Source: Thalia democratica
Lineage: Eukaryota
DNA: 64,000 bases
NCBI GenBank assembly: GCA_965202585.1
Contig: OZ241826.1
Coordinates: 38,316,001-38,380,000, forward strand
Direction: 5' to 3'
Positions 52,901 to 64,000 of this stretch are shown here, in pieces (position 1 is the stretch's first letter; every line of letters starts with the position of its first letter). The notes under the pieces were generated by a model, which was not told the origin of the DNA, did no database searches, and saw only the letters and a program-made list of their open reading frames with translations. Made by a program: the position numbers and the translations under genes.

Positions 52901-55900
52901 CTTTAATTTAGTTGATTAATTAAAACGAACAAAATTAACAACAGAGCGGGTGACACGGATTTCTATGCTACTTTTGAAAGACTAGCTGCAGGTCAACTCA
53001 GGTCTGTAATGAAGGTGATTACACCATTTGATATGAGTGACGATCAGAAAAAAGTTGAGTTTTATTTGAACCCTGCCTATCCTTCGGGAACCCCACAGAA
53101 CTTCGACAGAACCATCACTGTTAAAGGTTGGCATAAAATTATTAGTGTATTAGTACGTTAGTGCAGTACAGTTCTTTAGAATTTAAAATCTAACATATTC
53201 ACTAAGATTAATTTGTTTTTTGATTATGGAATATACGAAGGGTTGTGCTTAGTTTTTTGTTTTTGTGTTCATATAACTAAATCAATTACCGTTTTAATAA
53301 AAACTAGCTAACTACAATTAATATTTCTCGCAGAGTGCAGCACATCAGGTGGTCTTGTAGTAACAAACGAACCGATATACAACAATGAAGGTGATTTCAG
53401 TTGCGGTGAAGACGTATTAACTTACAAGAATGGAACGGTGGCTGGTGATGTGTCGACTGTTTGCAGTGCTGATGGTGTTTGGGTGGGAGTCGATGACTTA
53501 CAGTGTATCAAAGGTATAATTGATGTGTTGTTATAAACCGTTTACCTAAGTAGTCAAATGTTTTGCAACATCATACTACTGTTTAAATAGAATGCTAAAA
53601 ATAGGCTGTGCAAAACTCTATATTTAAATCGATACATACAATAAAAATACTTTCTTAGATGTTCACGTATTTTTAGAACATAGTATTACTAGCTTCTAGT
53701 TATTTAAAAGGTCTTTTTTATGAAATTTAAAACAAGATAATTTACAGAAGCACCGTCAATAATTTCATTATTTGAATACAAAGCTTAAAAAGCTGCAGTT
53801 TTAATTAAAAAATAGTTTTCCACATCTCCACATTATTAAAAAATATATTTTTAGATGTAGACGAATGCACAACAGACAAACCTTGTGATCCAAATGCACA
53901 ATGTATGAACACTCCCGGAAGTTTTACTTGTACATGTAATGATAAATACACTGGAGATGGTTTCACCTGCACGGGTATACTTTACTTTTCTTATTTCAAT
54001 ACATCGAGTTTAACTGTAAATGCTTTTAGAACTTTTAATAAGATTTTAGTAAGAGTATGTCTTAGTAAAAAAATGAAAGTTACCTTAGACTATGCTTTTT
54101 CTTCAAAGAAAAAAAACTTTCATACTGATTTGATTGTTAATTTTTGTGTGACAACAGCTCTGTATTGTTTGTTTTCAATCAGAGTTTTTTTTTCTAGAAC
54201 TGGTCTCAACCATCCAAGTTGATCTTCACCGCGTCGTCGGTAACCAAGACAACGACTGGGCCATTGGTTACCAGGGAGATTTCTACGAGGCAACTATCAC
54301 TAGTGAAGACGAACCGATGACTTTGGGCTGGTCGTTCAAGGGCGAGACCATAGAAACGAACGTAGTTGCCATGAACAGCAGAAAATACGAAAATTTTTAC
54401 GTCACTTTTGATACGAAAAATGACGTCATTGTAACTAGGATGGTCCTGCTGCAACCCCTAATGGAAAGTGACAGTGGGGAAAAAGTGGGATTCTACACGG
54501 TTTCAGGGTACCAAATTGATAATCCGAGACAGGATTTTGAAAACACGATCACTGTTAAGTGTAAGTTAGGCATAGAGTTAGAATAGTAATATTAGAAATT
54601 AAAATTTTAATTTAACTTATTTAATCTTTGTTGTAAGTAATAAAGCTGTTAAATGGAGCATATAAGTCCAATTCAATATGATATTTAAGTGCTAAATCAA
54701 TAATGACTCTTGAAATATTGCAGTTAACAATTACACATCTTTTTCGAAACTTCTTTATTTTTTTTAAACACAAGGCTCGACACTACTAGACTTAGAGAAA
54801 TTTTAACTAAAAATAGACCCACTTAAAAGAATTTGGAATATATTATTTTATTCATAAACATTTATTCTGATAAAACCTTACAAGAAATGTACATTTCTAT
54901 TTAGTTAATTTAATACCCGAAGACTATTTTTAGTTGCTCAGTTTTAATAATTAAGTAAACATTTGTATCATTGTATATTTTATAAATAAACAACAGCATG
55001 CTCATCCGACGGTTTGGTTTCTCCTTTGATGGACGTTGATTACAACTCACTTGGACTTTACTTCTGTCCACAAGGTCAATACTTATCGTATAAGAATGGT
55101 AGTGAAGCAAATGCGTACCAAACTGTTTGTACGGCTGATGGTAAATGGGAAGACGAAGACGACTATATTTGCAGTACAGGTATTTTTTAAGTACATAAAA
55201 CTATATATTTAATTAAAAAATGTTAAATAATATGAGCATTTATTAAGTTGTGATTCTGATCAGTTTTTGACATTTACTATTTAGTTTTCACTAACCTTGG
55301 CTTATAAGAAAATGGTAAACGTCGTATTGTTTATGAGTTAAGATCTTCCAAAAAGTATTTTTTATTTTAATTATACAAAAGCAGTAGCAACAAGTAGTTG
55401 TTATCTTAAAAATTAGAAAAATATATATAAACATTCTAAATTGTAACTCAAAAACTTGTAACTTGATAATGCTATCTAAGCTTTGTTTTAGTATTCTAAA
55501 CTACCAAAAATCCTGTTACCAATTAACAGATGCAAATGAATGCGATTCAAACCCCTGTGGAACAAATGCAGATTGTTTCAACACTTTAGGAAGTTTTATT
55601 TGCCAATGTAGTCCTGGATATTCTGGAGATCCGCTTGTAGACTGTAGTGAAAGTTTGTTCGTTTTATATTTAATATAAAATTGATTATATTTCAATCTAA
55701 TCAGTAATACAGTTCTGTGATGCTCAAACTGTATGTATTATTACCATAACATGACAATAAACGATTTAAAAACCATAAATGTGCACATAAAACTAAAAGA
55801 TAAAGTTGGTGTTAATTATTGACTCACCTTAAACTTATGCAGTTTTTAAAAACTTTTTTTATTTACAGTATTGGATTCAAACATCCAAGTTAACTTTGAT

Positions 55901-58900
55901 AGAAGCACTGATGGAAACGCAGATGATTGGGCAACAAGTTTCACTGGGGGTTTGTACGAAGCTGAAATAACAACTACTGAACCATTTACTGTTGGCTGGA
56001 CTTTTAAGGTAAAGTTATCACAAATCACTAAATAACAAAATATACATGTGATAATGTTTACTTGTGTTTCTTAAGGAAAGTTTTGTAAAGCTATTATAAA
56101 TGTAAGTGTATGCATTTCAAAACAAGAAAAAAACAAGATATAAGTTTAACTGACAGTCACATCGAGCCGTTTACTGTGGCTGAACATTTAAGGCGAAACT
56201 TTCGTAATCCACCAAAAACAAAACATGCTTCTTTACTTTATAATTGTTAAGCAATATTGTGCATATCTAACATACATACAAGTAAATTCGTTACTGATAT
56301 TTCCACTTTATGTTTTTTAAGGAAGAAAACGTGCAATACACAGTTGAACTACCCTCACCGGCTGCAAGACAAAATCGAGCCGGGGACACTAAATTTTATG
56401 CGACATTTGAAACACTCTCACCTGGAGTGTACAGGTCTGTAATGAACGTTATAGCAGGACTCAATTTGACTGATGATGGGGAAAAAGTTGAGTTTTATCT
56501 TATACCCGCATATCCGTCCGGGGATCGACAAGATTTTCCAAGAACAATTACAATGAAAGGTAGCTGCTTTTTATTGACTAAGGTTGTTAAAAAAACAATG
56601 AATTTAAGAAAAAAAACTCTTTTGTTGAAGTTAAAAAGACACCTAGTTTAATATTTTGTATAAAATATAACTATTTGTTGTGGTTATACTTTTTTTTTAT
56701 GTAGTTATAACACTTTAATAAACTAAAAACTACACTTTTTTTTAAACTTTATAAATATTTTTAATTAAACAATGTTAAACAAATTTAAATATTTTCTTTA
56801 AAGTGTTAAACTTTAATGCAAGTTTGATATACACTAAAACTAATCAGAATGCTTCGATGTACAAAACCACGTAACAACCACAACCAATCAAAACACGTAC
56901 GGTAGCGAAGGGGATTTTATTTGCGACAACGGCGGGGTTCTGACAAACGAAGCGGGAAGCCCCTACGTCGATCCAAGTACAGTTTGCAGGGCTGACGGTG
57001 TGTGGGAGAATGAAGATACAATCAAGTGTCCTGATGGTTTGTTTTATTTAAGTGCTTTTTTCAACGGGTTTTAAAAATAAACCTACTTTTAAAGCGTTCT
57101 TACTACGCTTTTATGGTTATTCTGATATTTAATCTCAAAGTTTAATTACATATTTTTTCTAACATTTTGAACACGTCTTAAAACATTATAATCCACTTAA
57201 TTTTTTTTAAATACTCATAAGTGAAATACATATGTTACATACAGAATATCGATATATTTAATGACTTAAAATAATTTTGTATGTCTTTGTGAAACTAAAA
57301 TATTTTGTTGTAGGTTGCAGTTTTTCATTTAGTTAAGTTCTGATTTTTGTTTATCTAAAAAAGTGTTGTGTTATCCTCCCATTATCACTTTAAACTATTA
57401 TAATATTAAAATGCAATTTATTTGTATTCAATCTCAGAATTGCCCAATTTAAGTTTTTCTATTTTATAATTACGTATATATACTGCTCGTCATTTAAAAC
57501 TACTTAAGATTTTATTTTATAATGTTTTATAATTTAGATAGTTGTTTAAAAATTTCATGATGGTGTGTGCAAATAGTAATGATTCTTAATAAAGTTGAAA
57601 CTATTTTTGTAGGTAAAAAAGCTTAAATTTATAGCTTTTTTACTGTATAACTAGTTTATAAGTAATAATCCAAATTTTAGATTTTGTTTTGTTGACTTGT
57701 ATGAAATTTAGTATAAACATTTAGTGAGTATTTTTCTTGTTTTTTTAAACACAACTGCCAAACTTTGCTTGAAATGTTTTGATTTTATAATTTTTGATTT
57801 TATATGCTGACGTTAAACGACATAAAAAAATGTTTGTTACGAAATCTCGATAGCTTGAACTTATGCTTGTAAACCCTTATTAACAGATAGTTGCCATGTA
57901 TTGTACTTAGATGTATTTTTATATAAAGGGTAATGACTTCTTTTTCATTGCTTTTGCATAGTTTTTTAAAACCTATTAAAAATAACCTTTTTACGTGTTA
58001 TTTTTAAAATAACCGTAAAACTTGATGTTATCTCATATTGTATATAAAGTTAGTTACTTAAATTAACTCTAACACACGTAAATTTATTACAACTTAACAA
58101 TAAATTTGAGACAATTTTAAAAAACTTTATGCTTAAGTATTTAAAATAACCGTAAAAAAACTTAACAAACGGTTAAGTTTATAAACTTGAATGTTTATAA
58201 GAATAAACTGAAGTAAAATTATTTTTTTAACAATTAGACTTCTTTATTGCACGAAAAATAATCAAAAAAGTATTTAGAATTAAACAAAAACTTAAGTGAA
58301 AAATTGACTAATTGTTATGTCATTCAACATACTTTGTCATAGTAGTTATGTTTGAAACCATCAATTTAACTAGCTTGTTTTTTGTTTACTGAGATTATCT
58401 AAAACTTAAACTTCAAGAATAACACTGTCATTGCTCACTTTATAGGTCAAATAGTATTTGAACTGTCAATTGTAACGTCGTAAAGTAGTAACAAAAAAGC
58501 GTAAAAAAGCTAAATTAAGTGGGTTAACTGAGTAATAAAAACACTTTTAGTAGGTCAGATGTTTAAAAACGTTATATTTGATGGTTTGCAATAGTATAAA
58601 AGCACTTTAAAATTATTTTGTAACTTTTCAAAACTTTGTTTAAGTTATAAGATTGTTAATAGAACTAAAACCCTGAATAAAAAACGTTGTATGTTTGAAA
58701 AAAATTAATGATTTTCAATATTGTTTGACTTTAGCAAATAAATCAGCTGGTTAAGGTCGAAATTTATATTTAATTGCTCGAAATTTGGTGAAAAATGCAC
58801 GTATACTGAACGCTTGCACACAAGTAAATAAATAAACAAACTATTGAACTTTATTATAGCGAATGTTTGCTTTATATTAAAATTAGCGTATGCGTCTGAT

Positions 58901-61900
58901 TAAAAACCTTCTGTTTAAACAAAAATGTTTGACTTGTGAAATTTTGCATGCTTGAATAGCAAACATTGTCGAAAGTAATTTAAAGTAAACTCGATTTTGT
59001 TTAATTTTTGTTTTAATAAAAATTTCGTCAGAGTTGTTTTGTTTGAAAGGCTGCGTTAACCTTGAAACTTGAAAGTATTTTCAATCAATAAAGTTTAATT
59101 GTGGTCTTAAAAACTTAGTTTATTGCTAATTGATATTGAGTTCGACTGTCCAAACAAAAAAACTTGAAAACAACGGAGTTTTGAAGCTTAGAATATAAAA
59201 TAAAGTTGAAAAGTTATAATCCTCCAACTAGACATAAATGTTGCCTTTTGATCTATCCAGCAATTGATTTGAAAATAAAATTGAAACTAACAGTTAAACT
59301 AGTTGAAGAAAAAGTAAAAAGAAAAAACAAATTATAATCATATTTTGGTATGTATTTTGTAAAAAAAACTTTATTCTAATTGTATTACTAACCTACAAAA
59401 TAAAATAAACTACCACATATTTTATTTTATACATACAATGTAAATCATTCTTATGTCTAATAAAACAATTAGTATTGTATGCACAATAAACTGTATGAAA
59501 ATATAAACCGCTTTTGAAAAAATTTACAGGATCTAAAAAAAAAAACCCACTTGTTTTAACTTTATTATGAATTGCAAATAAATAGTTTGAATACAGAAAA
59601 CTTTACTTTAAATAAAAACCCAAAGTTTATTTTTGGTTAATTTTTATCATACAAAACATTTGATACTGTATTCGTTACAAATTTAATTGTTTATTTGTTT
59701 TTATTAAACACTTAAACTGTTTATTTAATCTTGATAGGTGTGTATACAGTCAACAAAAACAAACAACTAAATTACAAAAAATGAAGTATACTTCAATTGA
59801 ATTTAGTTTTTAGATAACTGTAACATAAGTTTTTGTTGTTTCTATTTGCTTTTAAATTGAGTTTTTGGAAACTTAAGCATCACGTTTGACAAAAAATTCT
59901 AAAAACAATTAAATTCTTTATTTAACAAAATTAAATAAAACAATTAAATTCTTTATTTAACAAAATTAAATAAAAACAATTAAAATAATTATAAACTTTT
60001 TTAAACTAATGTTTAAAACAGGCTCTTTACTAACGTAACAAACTGTTCAAACCGTCACATTTTTAAACACTTACCACCTGAATGCTTAAACCACATTATC
60101 ATCTTAGGCGATTTCTCGAGCACGATAAGTGTCGATGACGTCATAGGAACGGGATACGTGGGCGACCTGTACGTAGCTGAAATCACAAATGACGTCACAA
60201 TGATAGTGTGGACGTACAACCAGCAGAGCGCTCAAAGTTATAACGTTGAAAGTGACGGTAGTTGCACTCTGCAGACGGATGGTAGCGACAATTTTGAAGT
60301 TAGTTTATATTTTACTTACTATAAAGGTGGTACTTGTCTATTGAAAAGAAGTTCAGATTAATTCACTACATTGTATAAAATACTTGTTTATCTAATACAG
60401 TTGCTATTAAGCAAGTTTTAAGAAACAATGATAAACTTCATTTGTTATGTTCTCTACCTTAGTTATATAAATATTTTTTTATTTCTAATTTTTTTATTGC
60501 TATACAAGTACATAAAATAAAAGACTATTTGTTTTATAAGAAGTCAAACGTAGTTTATAACATATCATTTTCAAATAAGGTCTCGTGTGAGAAAAATGGA
60601 GGAAATCTTATTAGCACTTTTACTCTCAAAACACCCCTTGTTCCTATGGAATCTTCTTCTGTTGCTTTTAGCACCAACGTCGACCCTATTTTGTATGAGG
60701 CTAACTTCGATGTTAAAGGTTATAAAATTTCATGTTTCTAACATAACCTTATTACAGCCTATACTATTTAAACTACTGTATATATAATGTTGAAATTTTT
60801 TTGTTCATATCAATGAGTTTAACTTAGCAATATTTTCTGACGTCCTTTTATACTAGTTAAGGTATTGAATAATTCTTTGTAAACTAGTTAATCAATTAAA
60901 TTGTAATAAGCTAATTCAATAATGTATTTCTTATAAAATACTTTTTTTTTCAACACTTATGGAAATTTCGTAAACATTTTATTTTAAACATTTGTAGTTT
61001 CTAATACAACTTATTTATGTTACAGAATGTTCCGTCGAGGCGCCATTACTAGTAGAAAGTACAAACAACGACTATGAAATCTCAGGAACTTTCGGGTGCC
61101 AATCAGGTTACTACTTATACCTGAAAGACGGAAGCCAACCTTCTGGTACACAAACTACATGCTTGATAACTGCTGAGTGGGAAAACTATGATCAATACGC
61201 TTGCTATCAACGTTTGTTTTGATGACTTTTTTAAATAGTTCAGGAAACAACTTAACTATAAACTATCTTTTTAAGGCTGAATTCTTTATATTCTTAAATA
61301 AGTTGTTTTAATTGTTTCTGTTACGATCAGATGCTTTAGTTTGTAACAACTTTGTACTAGTTAAGACAAACAACTCAAACATGAATTAACCTTAGAAAGA
61401 ACATTTTTAAATTTAAATTTATAAAGTTTTTGTTGCACATTTGTCTTAAAACTTATTAACAAAAAATTATTAGATCAATCTATTAAAACATCACAGTCTG
61501 TAAGAGGAATGAGATAGTTGCTTAGTTATACGGTTCAGAATTTTATTTCGTCATCATTTTTGTAATTGAAATACAGTAAACTAATCAAACGTGCTCCACT
61601 GTGGTTTAAAAGTACAAAACCAATTGATTAACTTCATATTTTATCCGAACAGCACCGACTCCGGTAACAATTGTCGGTGACACTTCAATGTCGGAAGCTG
61701 AAACGCTTCAGTTCGAATGTTTGTATTTTACTCAGGATTATGACGTAACAAACATCATATTTTATATAGATGACGTAGTTGTTCAGCAGGGTGAAGTTAG
61801 TTTAATTAAATGATAAAAACCTCGAACTACATTGTAAAATTAAATTTAATACACTAAACAAAATTTCAACAAGCTAAGATTCAATTCAATAAAAAAAGCA

Positions 61901-63606
61901 ATTGAATATTAGTTGCGTAAATAATACTAATAAGCATTAGGTCTTTTTACATTAGCTGTTGTTGTCATATACCATATTTTTGTTTTATAGAAAGACATTA
62001 TTAAGCTGTGAAATACAGTTACTTAAACTTATTTTAAAAGGTTGTCGTTCAAAAACTTTAATAAGTTCTTACTATATTTATATGCATCAAATTACTCAAT
62101 ATAAAGTTAAACAGTATACTAACTTTTATAATATCTAAGACTTTAAAACTTAAAATACGTAAATTGAAGAAACCTATTTTATCTTAGGATACAACTTTCA
62201 CAAAAACAGCAGAAGTAAGTGACAATGGGAAATATGTTCGTTGTAAAGCAGAAAATATGGTAAATGAAGGGGTTGACGATAGAGGTGGATTTTCACTACA
62301 ACTCATGCTTAAAATTGGTGAGAAAGCCTCTAAAAAATATTAAGCTACAATTTTTTTTCAAATGAATTGTATTACGTTTTGTAATGCCTTTTGCTTTACT
62401 TATTTGAAAACAAACTTATTTTTTACAAATAAAGTTATACTTCAACAATTTATACAAAAAGTTTATTTACTAAGTTGTGATAAAATAATCAAATTAGTCA
62501 AATTACCCTTTAACCTATAATATTTATTACTTTTAGATGAAAACGAGTGTTTGAGGGCAAATACCTGTGGTGAAAATGCAGATTGTGAAAACTTGGAGGA
62601 AATAGATGGAAGTTTCAGTTGTTCTTGTAAATTCGGTTATGAAGGTGAACCTTATCAAGATGGCTGCGTTGGTTAGCTGTTTTATTGATTTAAACCATTT
62701 ATTCTGACAAACATGTAATTTATTTTATCGTGATTCAAATAAAACATATTGATGTTTTTACAAAAACTTTGGACGTATAATAACTAAGTAATAAAAAAAT
62801 ACTTTACACAGCAATCCAATCAAACATTGAGGTTACATTCGAAAGATCTGACGGTTCACAGGGGAATGACTGGACAACTGGTTACTATGGTAGCATGTAC
62901 CAGGCCGAAATAACTGCTAACAACGAACCATACACTATTGGGTGGACCTACAATGGCCAGGCAGTTATATACAATATAGATATGCAAAGTTATGATGTAA
63001 ACTTCAGAGCTACTAATGGTTTGTTTTATGCTCAGATAGTTTTTTTTTTGTAAAAATAACAGCAATGGGTTCACTGTTTAGAGCTTTTATGTAGTTAAAA
63101 TGGTTTTAAAATTGGCTTTTTTTCTTATATATACAAACTTTAAAAGTTCTAAAGTTAAAAAAACAAAAGCTTAAACAGGAATAGCAATATTCATGTCATA
63201 CCTTAGTTATCAATAGAGTTACATATTTTTTTTTGTCAATAAACTGTTATAAATTATTTAGTAACGACTCTTAAAAAAAAATAAGTTGTTTTCAAATTTA
63301 AGAAAAAACTATTAATTTAACAAATATATTTCAAAAAGACTTAGCCAGTAAAATGCAATTAGAGATTATAAAAGTGTTTATGTTTAAAATAAACCAAACA
63401 CTTTCACAAAATAGACATTTTATAAACAGAAACAGTGGGTTGGTACGTGACTTATTCTTCTACTTCCAGCAACACTCTGATGACGTCACTCCAATTGATC
63501 GAACCTTTGAATTATGACGATAATGATGTCACTGTTGACTTTTACGTCATTGCTGCTTACCAGACCGGAACGAGGCAGGATTTTGGCGCCACACTGAAAA
63601 TCACGA
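40888..63606 (+). CDS. Gene B (3' end outside window): paralog of gene A, SP-X-sushi-Ig-EGF-[X-sushi-EGF]x6-X-sushi-X-sushi-Ig-EGF-X-..., >2,350 aa
   Basis: Exons: SP 40888-40948; X0 41854-42222; S 42539-42733; Ig 43438-43601+43907-44036; E 44431-44547; X 44940-45133+45450-45660; S 46124-46318; E 46695-46817; X 47086-47328+47548-47682; S 48062-48253; E 48882-49004; X1 49239-49442+49640-49816; S 50158-50349; E 50599-50715; X5 50970-51335; S 51638-51823; E 52096-52218; X3 52453-52669+52945-53126; S 53334-53513; E 53855-53974; X4 54198-54560; S 54997-55179; E 55530-55652; X6 55869-56008+56322-56559; S 56848-57036; X7 60108-60298+60580-60718; S 61026-61211; Ig 61653-61795+62188-62317; E 62537-62671; X8 62812-63018+63430-63606. 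All are GT..AG and frame-consistent; several exon lengths equal their gene A counterparts (204, 366, 186, 143, 130, 207, 177 nt). Confidence 0.88.
58818..58950 (+). promoter_or_regulatory. Conserved non-coding element in the ~3.1-kb intron of gene B
   Basis: Paralogous to 8630-8760; contains forkhead-like TAAACAAA / TGTTTAAAC words. Confidence 0.55.
59902..59985. repeat. 35-bp tandem repeat, ~2.4 copies
   Basis: AAAACAATTAAATTCTTTATTTAACAAAATTAAAT at 59902 and 59937, plus a partial third copy. Confidence 0.8.
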
Positions 63607-63756
63607 GTTTGTTTATTGCCTTTATTTGTCATAATTTCTGTGCTACATTTTTAAAGGAAGGTTTAGAAAAACAAGCAGACATCTTATAAAGAAACAAATA
63701 CAGTTTTTTTATACTATACGTATAAGCAATTTTGGACTACAAAATTTTCTCTAGAT

Positions 63757-63960
63757 CAGGGTTTCCCAAACGTTTTTTCAATAAGCCCCTTTAGAAAATT
63801 AAAAAAAACTTGGCTTCCTCTAACAATATTACTCAAAAACTAAAAAAAAACGCCTAAGACCTTTTTCTCTCTTCGTCATCAACACCAGAATATCTAATGT
63901 TAGTTTGAAATATGGTCTTGTGGCTCTTTTACTGCTCATGGCCCACTTTGTGAAACCCTG
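63757..63960 (+). mobile_element. hAT-type MITE (204 bp) in a gene B intron
   Basis: Terminal inverted repeats CAGGGTTTCCCAAA / TTTGTGAAACCCTG (13/14 match); 8-bp flanks CTCTAGAT and CTCTAGAA (7/8). 8-bp TSDs with a TCTAGA core are typical of hAT/Charlie elements. Confidence 0.8.
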
Positions 63961-64000
63961 CTCTAGAATCTATTAAACTTTAATAAGTTTTAAACAATAA

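Noticed and set aside
1-64000. CRISPR array, prokaryotic operon or horizontally acquired bacterial genes
   Set aside because: Repeats are spliced protein modules with GT..AG borders; no regularly spaced direct repeats, cas genes or long intron-free prokaryotic-type ORFs were seen.

Overview
AT-rich eukaryotic (metazoan) genomic DNA with short spliceosomal introns. A tunicate-like invertebrate is a plausible source, but that is weak inference. The window is dominated by two paralogous, divergently transcribed giant multi-exon genes for cell-surface proteins, reconstructed by hand from GT..AG boundaries; all exon phases balance. Gene A (minus strand, 22050->400, 34 coding exons, ~1,980 aa) appears complete: signal peptide, 8 copies of an unrecognised ~120-aa 'X' domain, 8 sushi/CCP, 6 Ca-binding-type EGF, 1 Ig, a TM helix and a short tail ending YENSVAF. 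Gene B (plus strand, 40888->beyond 63606, 39 exons, >2,350 aa in window) has the same modules (10 X, 9 sushi, 8 EGF, 2 Ig) and runs off the right edge. The repeat unit is [X-sushi-EGF], joined by phase-1 introns. The paralogs differ in module number and order and show patchwork identity. The ~19 kb spacer holds a decayed LINE, three paralogous RING-finger genes (one open, two broken) and a probable solo LTR; a hAT-type MITE lies at the right end. Other unusual signals: 16 TGACGTCA palindromes all inside exons, frequent AAG acceptors and GTTTGT donors, and many different intron positions inside the same repeated domain. No rRNA, tRNA or CRISPR features were recognised. Coordinates and counts were read by eye and need computational confirmation.
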